A stretch of 64,000 nt of DNA, from contig JBIILI010000003.1 in the NCBI GenBank assembly GCA_044232745.1, positions 92,259 to 156,258 on the forward strand, read 5' to 3'. Under the pieces are notes generated by a model. The model saw nothing but the letters and a program-made list of their open reading frames with translations. It was not told the DNA's origin and made no database searches. The stretch is from Candidatus Planktophila sp. Its GTDB lineage: Bacteria; Actinomycetota; Actinomycetes; Nanopelagicales; Nanopelagicaceae. The translations under genes were made by a program, and so were the position numbers. Shown one piece after another: positions 20,112-30,413 of the stretch (positions are counted from its first letter, which is position 1; every line of letters begins with the position of its first letter).

Positions 20112-23100
20112 GTGAGTAAGCAGCCTTTCAGCCTTGTACGACAGGTACTTCAGGTTGCCCCTGCTGCTCTAGATATTGAACAGCAGGCCGTTGTTGCACA
20201 TCGTGGTTCACCGATTGTTGTTCAGGGTGGACCGGGTACGGGTAAGACAACTGTTTTAGTTGAAGCAGCCCTTGCTCGTATTCAAGAAGGTCAAAATCCA
20301 GATTCCATTTTGTTGCTGACTTATGGTCGCGAGCGAGCATCTGAATTGCGTGATGCGATTGCGTTGCGCACGACTAAGACGATGTTCGAACCATTGGCAC
20401 GCACATTCCATTCCCTAGCTTTTTCGATTTTAAAGATGAAAGCTAAGGAAGATCCTGATCCAATTCTGCTGAGCGGTCCAGAACAAGAAAGTTATATCCG
20501 CGAATTACTGCAAGGCGATATCGAGGATGGCTTTAAAGAATGGCCCGAAGATTTGCGTAAGGCCCTGATAACCAATGGCTTTGCTCGAGAACTTCGAGAT
20601 TTAATTTTGCGTGCATCAGAACGTGGAATCGATGCGGTTGAGTTAGCGAAATTAGGCACACAAGAGGGCGAGAAGTATTGGGAGCCAGCGGCGGCATTCT
20701 GGACCAGATATACAAACTCCATGATTATGCGCGAGTTCAGTGCCCAAGATGCAAAGCTTCGTATTGACCCATCTGAACTTGTTTCTCGCGCATCGATTCA
20801 CTTGCATAACAATCCAGATTTGTTGGATCAACTACGCAATCGATTCACAACGATCATGGTTGATGAGTTTCAGGAAAGCGATCCAGCACAGCGCGAACTA
20901 TTGGCACTTCTTGCAGGTAACGACGTAATCATCTGCGCAGATGCAGATAGTGCAGTGGGTAGATTCCGCGGCGCAGATCCTGATGGATTAGCTACAGCGC
21001 TAGATCCATACCGGGCAAAAGAAGTTGTCCTTACTCATGTGTATCGAAATGCCAAGGCAATCTTTGATGTTGGGCATGAATATGTGCAGGGATTCCGTGG
21101 ATCGCCAGTAACCCGCAAGCGCTATGAAGCCAATGAAAATCAAGGTTTTGTTGGAGTTCATCGCTTTCGAAGCGGAGCAGAAGAAGCAGCTTTTATCGCC
21201 CACCAATTCCGCAGTGCGCATCTGCGCCTAGGAATTTCCTACAGCGATATGGCAGTTGTTTTACGTTCACCCGGTGTGCAAGCGTCAGCGCTGCGTCGCG
21301 CATTCTCACAGGTAGGCATTCCAGTTGCATCTGAACTTCAAGCGCTAGCTGGAAATCCTGCGGTTACTCCATTTATGTTATTAGCTCGCGTTGCAATAGG
21401 TGCTCAACCTCTTAATTTGGATACTGCTGAACGCTTACTACTGTCAGAGTTTGGTGGAGCGGATTCAATCTCGTTGCGCCGTATACGTCGAGCAATGATC
21501 ACTTCGCGTCCAGAAGGCGATGAACGTTCTGGAACCCAGATGTTGCTGGATGCTATTAATGATGGCGAATTGTTTATCGAAGGTGCTGACAGTGTTCTTC
21601 GGGTTCATTCACTTTTAAAGGGCGCAAAAGCGATTGCCCGGAACAAGACAGCTTTAGCCGATGACCTATTGTGGTTTATTTGGGACAACGCCTTAACAAG
21701 TGATGGACAGAAATTGGCAATTAGTTGGCGTAATCAAGCATTGCGTCCCGGAATCCGCGGTGCCGCAGCAGATCGCGACTTAGATGCAATGATGCAGTTG
21801 TTTGAATCCGCTGCGCGTTACTCAGAACGTTTTCCATTATCTGGCCCTGCTGCCTTTATCAATGAAGTTGCACAAGAGGATATTGCTGGGGATGTTATTA
21901 CCGCTAAAGGCGTGAGGCCAGATTTTGTTGAAATCCTGACCGTGCACAGTGCAAAAGGTCGACAGTGGGATTTAGTTGCAATTGCAGGTTTGCAAGAAGG
22001 AACTTGGCCCAACTTAAAGCAGCGTTCATCATTACTAGGCGCCGAACGATTAGTAGAGCGCATGCGCAACCCGGATATTCCAAGGGATCAGTTAGATGTC
22101 ATAGCAGCCAATGGACTAATGCAGGATGAACAACGCTTGTTCCATGTCGCTTTAACCCGCGCCAAACAATCACTTTTTGTCACTGCGGTGCAACGTGAAG
22201 ATGAAGAACCATCACAATTTTTTGAGGCAATCGAAGTCATGGTCAATAAAACCGATGACGATGAGCATGTAATAACCGATGTTCCTCGTCCAATTACTGC
22301 ACCCGCATTAGTGGCGGAGTTACGTTCGCAGTTAGACGGCGCAAAGGCCAAAGAAGCGGCTGCGTTATTGAAGGCAATGAGTGCTGAAGGTATTTATCTA
22401 GCAAATCCTGATAGCTGGATCGGTTCTGTTTCACTAAGTACTGATGCACCAGTAATTGATGCCGACAAAGAGGTAATCGTTTCTCCATCAGGTGCAGAAT
22501 CATTTGAGGAATGTGGTGTGAAATGGTTCTTACAAAACAATGGTGGATCTGATGGCGATAGCACGGCGCAAGTTTTGGGTTCTGCCATTCACGCCTTTGC
22601 AGCAAAAATGGTGCAAGAGCCAGGCACCAGCCAAGAGCAATTAATTGAATCCTTGCGAAGTTCTTGGAAGTTGATTGATCCAGCCAGTGGATGGGTGAGT
22701 GCAACTCATTTGGAATCTGCGGTCACAATGTTGAAAAAGTTTACGAAGTATCACTCCACAACAACAAGAGAGATTAAAGATGTTGAATTGCGATTTGATG
22801 TCAAGCTAGGAAGAGCCAGAATCATCGGAACAGTGGATCGACTCGAAGTAGAAGCCGATGGCTCTTTTTACATTATTGATTTTAAAACCAGCAAATCCCC
22901 TATCTCTGAAAAAGAAGCAGAAAAGAACTTACAGCTTGCTAGTTATCAATTAGCAGCGTCCGAAGGTGGATTTGAAGGTGGCAGCAAGAGCGCAGGCGCT
23001 GAATTGGTATACCTGGGTGATAAAGCACAAAAGGCGACGGCAAAACATCAATATGAAATTAACATTGAAGAAGTTAAGGCAAAGATCGAAACAATTGGCG

Positions 23101-23213
23101 AAGGTATGGGTGCTGCAACCTTCTTTGCCACGGTCAATAAGCGCTGCAAAGGCTGCCCAGTAAGGAAATCCTGCCCTGTTCAAAGTGATGGACGGGCGGT
23201 GATCGAGCCATGA
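20112..23213 (+). CDS. adnA: AdnA helicase-nuclease subunit
   Basis: GGPGTGKT, VDEFQE, HSAKG, RLFHVALTRA; C-terminal RecB-like nuclease (IIDFKT) with Fe-S Cys set (ECG...CKGCP...CP); GTG 20112 after CAAGAT. Confidence 0.92.
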   Translation: MSKQPFSLVRQVLQVAPAALDIEQQAVVAHRGSPIVVQGGPGTGKTTVLVEAALARIQEGQNPDSILLLTYGRERASELRDAIALRTTKTMFEPLARTFHSLAFSILKMKAKEDPDPILLSGPEQESYIRELLQGDIEDGFKEWPEDLRKALITNGFARELRDLILRASERGIDAVELAKLGTQEGEKYWEPAAAFWTRYTNSMIMREFSAQDAKLRIDPSELVSRASIHLHNNPDLLDQLRNRFTTIMVDEFQESDPAQRELLALLAGNDVIICADADSAVGRFRGADPDGLATALDPYRAKEVVLTHVYRNAKAIFDVGHEYVQGFRGSPVTRKRYEANENQGFVGVHRFRSGAEEAAFIAHQFRSAHLRLGISYSDMAVVLRSPGVQASALRRAFSQVGIPVASELQALAGNPAVTPFMLLARVAIGAQPLNLDTAERLLLSEFGGADSISLRRIRRAMITSRPEGDERSGTQMLLDAINDGELFIEGADSVLRVHSLLKGAKAIARNKTALADDLLWFIWDNALTSDGQKLAISWRNQALRPGIRGAAADRDLDAMMQLFESAARYSERFPLSGPAAFINEVAQEDIAGDVITAKGVRPDFVEILTVHSAKGRQWDLVAIAGLQEGTWPNLKQRSSLLGAERLVERMRNPDIPRDQLDVIAANGLMQDEQRLFHVALTRAKQSLFVTAVQREDEEPSQFFEAIEVMVNKTDDDEHVITDVPRPITAPALVAELRSQLDGAKAKEAAALLKAMSAEGIYLANPDSWIGSVSLSTDAPVIDADKEVIVSPSGAESFEECGVKWFLQNNGGSDGDSTAQVLGSAIHAFAAKMVQEPGTSQEQLIESLRSSWKLIDPASGWVSATHLESAVTMLKKFTKYHSTTTREIKDVELRFDVKLGRARIIGTVDRLEVEADGSFYIIDFKTSKSPISEKEAEKNLQLASYQLAASEGGFEGGSKSAGAELVYLGDKAQKATAKHQYEINIEEVKAKIETIGEGMGAATFFATVNKRCKGCPVRKSCPVQSDGRAVIEP

Positions 23214-26200
23214 GTAATGAAGCAATCAGCGCCAAGTACACACCCGAACAAATCATTGCATTGCTTCAGGCGCATCCAAAGTTTGGTTCACAGATCAAGC
23301 CGATCACTAAGCATCAATCAGCGATCATCAGCAGTGGGCTAGAACCCGCTGTTGTAATCGCTGGTGCTGGATCGGGTAAGACCGAAACGATGAGCAACCG
23401 TGTGTTGTATTTAGTCGCTAATGGTTTTGCGACACCGGATCAAATACTAGGTCTTACCTTTACCCGCAAAGCTGCTGGTGAATTATCTGTTCGAATCCGT
23501 AAGCGTCTGCGCCAACTATCGCAGCTACCCGAATTCAAACACATTACTTCTAATAGCACCGCTGTTACTACTTATCATTCCTACGCTGGCAAGTTACTAA
23601 GCGAACATGCAATCAGGTACGGGATCGACGCAGACGCTGAACCATTAGGCGAAGCTGCAATTTGGCAGATCGCTTCCGATGTTGTGCGCAATTGGTCTGA
23701 TGATTCTTATCGAAATGACAGCGCTGTCAGCACTGTGATTAAAGATTTATTGGGACTTTCTAAACTTATGTTAGAGCATCAAGTGAAACGTCAAGATATT
23801 GAAGCCATTGGCAATGAGATGCTGGAAAAACTTGCCCTGTTGGGCGGTAGTACCAATGAAGATACTCGCGCAGTAGCGCGCGCGATGCAGCAAAGAAATT
23901 CATTGCTACCAATGGTTGATGCATTTATGCAACGCCGAAAGGCGGCAGGGGAGTTATCATTTGATGATCAGATGTCGCTAGCTGCAGATATTGCACAAAA
24001 CTTTGAAGATGTTGGCACTCTAGAGCGCGGCAAGTACACCGTTGTTTTACTCGATGAATACCAGGACACATCGCAATCACAGGTACGCATGTTGTCTTCG
24101 CTGTATGGCAATTCGGTAAAGGAAACCGGCCACCCCGTAATGGCGGTTGGAGACCCATCACAGGCTATTTACACTTGGCGTGGAGCCTCTGCCGGCACTA
24201 TGGCCTCATTTCATAAGTACTTTCCAAAGGCTTCTGAGCAAACTGGAACACAGCAATTCTCGCTTCCGACAACATTCCGCAACGACACAATTATCTTGGC
24301 AGCAGCAAATGCAATTAGCGCACAAATCAAAGCCGATGGCGGGCAGCAAGTTGTAGAACTTGAAGCACGAAATGGCGCAGGTGCGGGTGAACTTGCTTAT
24401 GGAATTTATGAAACTGTTGAAACAGAATCACAGGCGATCGCTGAATACTTTAAAGAGTTATGGAATCCAGCTGCTGGAAAGTCATTTGCAGTCTTAGTGC
24501 GAAAGCGCAGCCAGATTACTTCGATTGAAAACGCCTTGCGTGAGCAGGGATTACCTGTAGAAGTTATCGGTATTGGTGGGCTGATCCATATTCCAGAGGT
24601 CGCTGATGTTGTTACCTTAATGAAGTTGATTACCGACCCTGATGCTGGATCATCGCTGATGCGCCATCTGACGGGACCACGAATCAATCTGGGTCCACGC
24701 GATATTGCTGCGCTCGGTGCCTTTAGTAGAGAACGCGCAAAGTCAATGCACGCTGATTCCAAAAGCTTTATTAAAAAGATTGCTGCCGGAAACCCTGATC
24801 AATTAGAAGCAGATGATCAATTTGCTGGTTCAATTATCGACGCCATAGATGAAATTGCATCGGCAAAGAAGCATGGCTTCAGCGATCGTGGATATCAACG
24901 TCTTGTGACTTTTGCCCAAGAGCTGCGTCGTTTGCGTTCTCGCGCAGGTGGCCAGATCACAGATTTGATTACAGAAATCGAAAACTATTTAACGTTGGAA
25001 TCAGAGATAACTTTGCGCGAAGGTTCGCAAACTGGGCGTCGACACCTAGATAGATTCTTAGATGAGGCAGCAAAGTTTGAACGCAGCGGTGGATCTATTT
25101 CAGCCTTTTTAGATTGGCTAGATGTCGCATCTGATGAAGAAGGTGGATTAAAGGTTGGAGCCCCTGAAGTACGCACAGATGTGGTTCAAATCCTTACTGT
25201 TCACATGGCTAAAGGTGCCGAATGGGATGTTGTGGCAGTGCCTGGATTATCTGAAGGCACATTTCCGGGTGTTAACAAGAGCGATCCAGATAACTGGTTA
25301 AAGAATGAAAAGCATGTGCCATTTGCTTTGCGCGGTGATGCACAAGAACTTCCACCTTTTACATTGGATGGAATCACTAAAAATAGTGAAGCAAAACAGG
25401 CAATCAATGATTTTGGTGCTGCATGTGTTGATCAAATCAAGATGCGTGAAGAGATGCGTCTTGCCTACGTTGCCGTGACACGAGCCCGCACACATTTGAT
25501 ATGCACAACTTCATGGTGGCGGACCGGTTCTCGATCTGTTGTACCTTCAAAGATCTTTACCTTAATTGCAGGTGCGGCAAGTGCACATGGCGGCCGCTTA
25601 ATATCTGATGTCGCAGCTCCAGAAGTCGGAGTTGCAAACCCCACGCTTGAAAACCCTGTCACTTCTGTCTGGCCTCGTGATTACCTAGGGGATAAGCGCG
25701 CACAATTTGATGCAGCTATGGCATTAGTTAATTCCTCCAAAGTTCATCCCTTAATTGATTCATCCGATAGCGAAGTGAATTCTTGGATCATGGATGCACA
25801 TAGTTTGATCACCGAACAACGTAATCGTGCTTTAGAAACACTTCAAGTTGCTTTACCGTCTCGCATGTCCACTTCGACACTAGTTGCTTTGCATGAAAAC
25901 CCACAAGAACTGGCGCTCAACATTCGACGACCTATGCCACGTGGACAAGATCAGTATTCACGGCGCGGAACAGCTTTCCACTTGTGGGTTGAACGTCAAT
26001 TTACTGATGCGGCCACTTTGTTTGGAGATGAATACTTGGATTACTTAGATCCACTAGATGATGATTCAAAGTTAGAGGATCTAAAAGCGGCTTGGCTTAA
26101 GAGCCGCTTTGCCAATCGCACACCTGCGCGGGTGGAAGTTCCCTTTGAAACCACTATCGCTGGGGTTTTGATCAGAGGCCGAATTGATGCGGTTTATAGC

Positions 26201-26443
26201 GATGGAGATGGCTTTCAGGTAGTGGATTGGAAGACCGGATCTAAACAGCTGGGTAAATCAGCACAAGTTCAGTTGGCGATGTATCGCTTAGCGTGGGCAA
26301 AACTTTCTGGCTGCGATATTTCAAAGATTTCCGCAGCCTTTCATTATGTGCCAACAGGTATAACTGATCAGCCTGCAGATTTGTTAGATGAGGCGGCATT
26401 GATCGCCCTGATTACTTCTGTAGATTCATCAACGCCTGAATAA
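23210..26443 (+). CDS. adnB: AdnB helicase-nuclease subunit
   Basis: AGAGSGKT, LTFTRKAA, LLDEYQD, VGDPSQAIY.WRGA, TVHMAKGAEW, YVAVTRAR; nuclease RGRIDAV..VVDWKTG. Confidence 0.93.
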   Translation: MSNEAISAKYTPEQIIALLQAHPKFGSQIKPITKHQSAIISSGLEPAVVIAGAGSGKTETMSNRVLYLVANGFATPDQILGLTFTRKAAGELSVRIRKRLRQLSQLPEFKHITSNSTAVTTYHSYAGKLLSEHAIRYGIDADAEPLGEAAIWQIASDVVRNWSDDSYRNDSAVSTVIKDLLGLSKLMLEHQVKRQDIEAIGNEMLEKLALLGGSTNEDTRAVARAMQQRNSLLPMVDAFMQRRKAAGELSFDDQMSLAADIAQNFEDVGTLERGKYTVVLLDEYQDTSQSQVRMLSSLYGNSVKETGHPVMAVGDPSQAIYTWRGASAGTMASFHKYFPKASEQTGTQQFSLPTTFRNDTIILAAANAISAQIKADGGQQVVELEARNGAGAGELAYGIYETVETESQAIAEYFKELWNPAAGKSFAVLVRKRSQITSIENALREQGLPVEVIGIGGLIHIPEVADVVTLMKLITDPDAGSSLMRHLTGPRINLGPRDIAALGAFSRERAKSMHADSKSFIKKIAAGNPDQLEADDQFAGSIIDAIDEIASAKKHGFSDRGYQRLVTFAQELRRLRSRAGGQITDLITEIENYLTLESEITLREGSQTGRRHLDRFLDEAAKFERSGGSISAFLDWLDVASDEEGGLKVGAPEVRTDVVQILTVHMAKGAEWDVVAVPGLSEGTFPGVNKSDPDNWLKNEKHVPFALRGDAQELPPFTLDGITKNSEAKQAINDFGAACVDQIKMREEMRLAYVAVTRARTHLICTTSWWRTGSRSVVPSKIFTLIAGAASAHGGRLISDVAAPEVGVANPTLENPVTSVWPRDYLGDKRAQFDAAMALVNSSKVHPLIDSSDSEVNSWIMDAHSLITEQRNRALETLQVALPSRMSTSTLVALHENPQELALNIRRPMPRGQDQYSRRGTAFHLWVERQFTDAATLFGDEYLDYLDPLDDDSKLEDLKAAWLKSRFANRTPARVEVPFETTIAGVLIRGRIDAVYSDGDGFQVVDWKTGSKQLGKSAQVQLAMYRLAWAKLSGCDISKISAAFHYVPTGITDQPADLLDEAALIALITSVDSSTPE

Positions 26444-26486
26444 CACTCAATTTCCCGACACATCATTTGGTGTGTGGTCGCGGTAA

Positions 26487-27296
26487 TTAGTTGGTCTTTA
26501 CCTCAAGCTGGATGGCTAAATGGTCACTCATACCCGCGTGCTCATGAAGCGAAGTTTGTACATCACCACTAGTTAACGTTTGCGACAAGAAATAATCAAT
26601 TTGTACCTTTGGTTGCCAACTTGGAAAAGTCTTTCCACTTGCTAATGAGTTCCACTTCAATCCTGTTACAAGTTTTAGAAAAGGAATATTGAAATCCCCC
26701 ATCAGCACAATCTTACTTTTGTCGGATACACCCAATCTGTTTCCCCAACGCTTAATTTTTATCAACTGATAGAAATTAAAAAATGGTACAAAAGAAAGAT
26801 GAGTATTAATGATTAACCAACCATTGTCTAAATGTGCGGCCAGTGCACTGCGTGGATGATCACGAACATAAAAACGTTTCATTTTCCCGTCGACTGGAAA
26901 CACCATGAATACTCCAACTGGCGAACCCTTTAGATCTAAACGGTGCCACTGAGTAACAGGAATTGTTGAAACCATCCCAATTCCATATGCTGGTGAAGAT
27001 TCCGGATCTTTGTTGGTAACAATTTTGGCATCATCAGAACCTGGCTTATGCCAATCATCTTCTGGCGAACCCATGAGTGAAGGCGCAAACGCCCAATCTG
27101 TTGCATTCATCATCGTTGCAATATTGCCAACCTGATTGTGATTGTTAGAACGTCCCAAGAAATAATCGACTTCCTGCAATCCAATAATGTCGCTCTTTAG
27201 CTCCTTGATCTCTGCCTGCAGCAGTGCTTCCGCATCAACTGTGGCATCAGGGGGCATGGCCATTCCGTGCAGTAAATTCCATGAGGTTACGCGCAT
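26487..27296 (-). CDS. Endonuclease/exonuclease/phosphatase family protein
   Basis: TSWN, GLQEVD, NTHL, MGDFN, IDY, SDH. Confidence 0.9.
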   Translation of the reverse strand: MRVTSWNLLHGMAMPPDATVDAEALLQAEIKELKSDIIGLQEVDYFLGRSNNHNQVGNIATMMNATDWAFAPSLMGSPEDDWHKPGSDDAKIVTNKDPESSPAYGIGMVSTIPVTQWHRLDLKGSPVGVFMVFPVDGKMKRFYVRDHPRSALAAHLDNGWLIINTHLSFVPFFNFYQLIKIKRWGNRLGVSDKSKIVLMGDFNIPFLKLVTGLKWNSLASGKTFPSWQPKVQIDYFLSQTLTSGDVQTSLHEHAGMSDHLAIQLEVKTN

Positions 27297-27323
27297 TGGC
27301 CAAGGCTAGTAGCGTTCACCCCT

Positions 27324-28307
27324 ATGAGCGCGCAGACACCTGATTCCAACACGGCCTCGCTCTCGCCCATTAATCGCGAAAGCGAATTGAGAGCCGATGC
27401 CGCAGAGCTAGCCGCACTGTGGAAATCAGCACAGATTATTCATTTGGTAGATGCACGCTTAAGTGCCGGGGGTGATTCACTAACTTTTATTGATGCCGCT
27501 GCAGTTACCGCAGCCCAAGAAATTTTTGTTGCTGGCGATCGCTTCTTCTTGGGAATCGGTCGTGATGACAATCAGGCTTACTTTGCGTGGCACACAACCT
27601 GGATTAATCCACCTGAAGATGATGGAACCGAAGAGTTTGAGAAGCGTAAGTACGAAGGATTCAAATCGTTGCGCGAACTCGGCGGTCAATTAGATGCTGA
27701 TGAGTTAGCACTTGCCATGCACGCAGTTGGTTTAGCTAACTGGCATGCAACTCATACACATTGCGCCAGGTGTGGAGCGCCGACTGTTAGCGATCTAGGT
27801 GGCAGTGTTCGAGTGTGTCCTCAAGACGCAACACAACATCACCCACGCACCGACCCGGCTGTCATCGTTTTAGTAAAAGATAAAGATGATCGCATCCTGT
27901 TGGGGCATCAACCAACCTGGCCTGATAAACGTTTTTCTACTTTTGCTGGTTTTGTCGAAACAGGTGAATCATTTGAAGAGTGTGTATCGCGCGAAGTATT
28001 CGAAGAAGCTGGTGTTTATGCAGCTGACATCAATTACTTAACTTCACAGGCTTGGCCATTTCCGGCATCGATCATGATTGCATTCGAAGCAATTACGCAT
28101 CGCCCAGAAGAAGCTCGCCCTGATGGCACTGAAATTACTGAAGTACGCTGGTTTTCACGTGATGACATGAAAGCCGCTGTTGCAGCACAAGATCTTTTAT
28201 TGCCGCCAAAAATTTCAGTTGCACGTCGCATGATTGAGTCTTGGTACACGCGGGTTGATGGCTATACCCGCGAACAATTGCGTGGTGGTGAATCGTGGAG
28301 GCCGTAG
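27324..28307 (+). CDS. nudC: NAD(H) diphosphatase / NAD-decapping enzyme NudC
   Basis: Zn ribbon CARCG...CP, HHPRTDPAVI, AGFVETGESFEECVSREVFEE, SQAWPFP. Confidence 0.95.
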   Translation: MSAQTPDSNTASLSPINRESELRADAAELAALWKSAQIIHLVDARLSAGGDSLTFIDAAAVTAAQEIFVAGDRFFLGIGRDDNQAYFAWHTTWINPPEDDGTEEFEKRKYEGFKSLRELGGQLDADELALAMHAVGLANWHATHTHCARCGAPTVSDLGGSVRVCPQDATQHHPRTDPAVIVLVKDKDDRILLGHQPTWPDKRFSTFAGFVETGESFEECVSREVFEEAGVYAADINYLTSQAWPFPASIMIAFEAITHRPEEARPDGTEITEVRWFSRDDMKAAVAAQDLLLPPKISVARRMIESWYTRVDGYTREQLRGGESWRP

Positions 28308-29974
28308 GAAACCTACGCGCAGAAGAGATTCTTGAGGCGCTAGATAACGAACAACGCGCTGTCGCACTTGCTACACGCGGACCTGTTTGCGTCATTGCTG
28401 GTGCCGGAACAGGTAAGACCCGGGCAATCACACACCGAATTGCATATGCCGCAGCTATTGGCACCATGGATCCGCACAAAGTTTTAGCTCTTACCTTTAC
28501 CGCGCGCGCAGCTGGCGAAATGCGCACACGATTGCGTTCGCTAGGTGTTCCGGCAGTTGCTGCCCGCACCATCCATGCCGCAGCTCTAAAGCAATTGACC
28601 TTCTTTTGGCCACAGGTATTTGGTGGCCGCACGCCTGATTTACTGACTACCAAGTCCGGATTTTTAACAGAAGCGATAAAGCGTGCTCAATTACAAGGCG
28701 AGCTATCAATTACATCCCGTGATTTACTGCGCGATATCGCAACAGAGATTGAATGGGCCAAGGTTTCACAAGTTGCCCCATCTGATTACTTAAGCGAATC
28801 GCTTAAGCGCACAGTTAAGCCTCGGATTAATCCCGAACAACTAGCCAAGGTTTACACAGCCTATGAAAGTGTGAAGCACCAAGAGCGCGCAATTGATTTT
28901 GAAGATGTCCTACTGCTGACAACTGCAATGATTGAAGAAGAGCGCGAAGTTCGTGAACGCGTGCAGGATCAATACCGATTCTTTACAGTTGATGAGTATC
29001 AGGATATTTCCCCGCTGCAGCAACGATTAATCAATGCCTGGTTGGGTTCTCGTCAGGAATTATGCGTTGTGGGAGACCCTGCGCAAACTATTTACTCATT
29101 TGCTGGGGCAACACCGGTGTTCCTCAATTCATTTACCCAACGTTTCCCAGAAGCCGAAGTTGTGCGCCTAACAACTGGATACCGATCAACCCCCGAAATC
29201 ATCTTCACCGCCAACAGCATTTTGCGAAAAGGTGCAATGGGTAACGAACTAGTTGCAATCAATGATCATGGCAGCAAGCCAACGATTACGGCTTATAGTG
29301 ATGAAGCTGCAGAAATTGCCGGAATCGTTCGAGCAATCACTCAGTTGATCTCTGAAGGAACACCTGCTCAAGAGATTGCAGTTCTAGCCCGCACTAACAA
29401 CCAATTAAATGGTTTAGAAAAAGCGATGAACACAGCCAACTTGCCATACCAAGTTCGCAATACTGAACGCTTTTTTGAACGCAAGGAAGTCCGTGATTTC
29501 TTGAAGCAGGTTCGTACCGCATCTGTTATTCCAACCGAAGGTGTGTCATGGCTTGATGAACTGCGCACTCTTGCTCAACCATTTTTAACTGGGGGAGCGA
29601 TCGATGGAATCGCAGCGTTGTTACACCTTGCACGCGAACTAGATGGTGACAGCGGATTTACTCCTAAGAATCTGCGCGCGTACCTGCGCGAAGTCGAAGA
29701 TCGTGTTCAGCAAAATAATCCACCAACCATGCCTGTGACAACTCTTGCAACGTTGCATGCAGCAAAAGGTTTGGAATGGGAAAGAGTATTTTTAATTGGC
29801 GTTAGCGATGGAATCTTGCCTCTTGAAAACAACAGTACGACAGGTGATCAAGCATCAATTGATGAAGAACGAAGATTGTTTTATGTTGGAATCACCCGCG
29901 CTAAATCAGATCTGCGCCTTAGCTATCGAGGCAAACCATCACGATTCTTGGCTGAAGCGGGCTTGTCTAACTAG
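28295..29974 (+). CDS. uvrD2: UvrD2-type ATP-dependent DNA helicase (no C-terminal HRDC domain)
   Basis: AGAGTGKT, TFTARAA, VDEYQD, VGDPAQTIYSFAGA, TLHAAKGLEW, EERRLFYVGITRA; located between nudC and whiB7. Confidence 0.9.
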   Translation: MEAVGNLRAEEILEALDNEQRAVALATRGPVCVIAGAGTGKTRAITHRIAYAAAIGTMDPHKVLALTFTARAAGEMRTRLRSLGVPAVAARTIHAAALKQLTFFWPQVFGGRTPDLLTTKSGFLTEAIKRAQLQGELSITSRDLLRDIATEIEWAKVSQVAPSDYLSESLKRTVKPRINPEQLAKVYTAYESVKHQERAIDFEDVLLLTTAMIEEEREVRERVQDQYRFFTVDEYQDISPLQQRLINAWLGSRQELCVVGDPAQTIYSFAGATPVFLNSFTQRFPEAEVVRLTTGYRSTPEIIFTANSILRKGAMGNELVAINDHGSKPTITAYSDEAAEIAGIVRAITQLISEGTPAQEIAVLARTNNQLNGLEKAMNTANLPYQVRNTERFFERKEVRDFLKQVRTASVIPTEGVSWLDELRTLAQPFLTGGAIDGIAALLHLARELDGDSGFTPKNLRAYLREVEDRVQQNNPPTMPVTTLATLHAAKGLEWERVFLIGVSDGILPLENNSTTGDQASIDEERRLFYVGITRAKSDLRLSYRGKPSRFLAEAGLSN

Positions 29975-30019
29975 CTCTATGCCTTCATAAAGACCCTATG
30001 TACGCTCATTTATGCGGGG

Positions 30020-30060
30020 AATTAATTACCTTGCCAGTACCTCAACCCATGGTTTATCCT
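30020..30060 (+). promoter_or_regulatory. whiB7 leader promoter with AT-rich WhiB7-type site
   Basis: AATTAATTA (30020-28), then TTGCCA (30031-36), 18 nt spacer, TATCCT (30055-60). Confidence 0.75.
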
Positions 30061-30109
30061 TATGACTTCATTCCCATGGCGGGAGTAAACATGATGGAAG
30101 GGAACGAAT

Positions 30110-30268
30110 ATGTCTAACGCATCATTCGTATCAGCAAACGCATTGCGTTCTGCTGTGATTCCTTCTGCTCATACGACCAATAAGCCTTCTACTTGGCATG
30201 CTTCAAAGCCAGCGTTTTACGCAGCTTTTTATGCCGGATACGAGGCCAATGGTGGTTCAATCGAATAA
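30110..30268 (+). CDS. whiB7 upstream leader peptide (uORF), 52 aa (not in ORF track)
   Basis: Hand translation MSNASFVSANALRSAVIPSAHTTNKPSTWHASKPAFYAAFYAGYEANGGSIE; purine-rich RBS GGAAGGG upstream. Confidence 0.8.
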   Translation: MSNASFVSANALRSAVIPSAHTTNKPSTWHASKPAFYAAFYAGYEANGGSIE

Positions 30269-30290
30269 TTCGATTTAGAACTAAAAGCCA

Positions 30291-30331
30291 AGGGCCTCGA
30301 ATCCACAAGGATTCGGAGCCCTTTTTGTTTT
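30291..30331 (+). terminator. whiB7 attenuator terminator
   Basis: AGGGC-C-TCGAATCC-ACAA-GGATTCGG-A-GCCCT followed by TTTTGTTTT. Confidence 0.88.
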
Positions 30332-30413
30332 ATATAAACAAACTTCACTCCAGAAAACCAACGACAACCAAAAGAGACCGAAGCAATACCTAACAGAAAG
30401 AAGAGGTGAGAAC

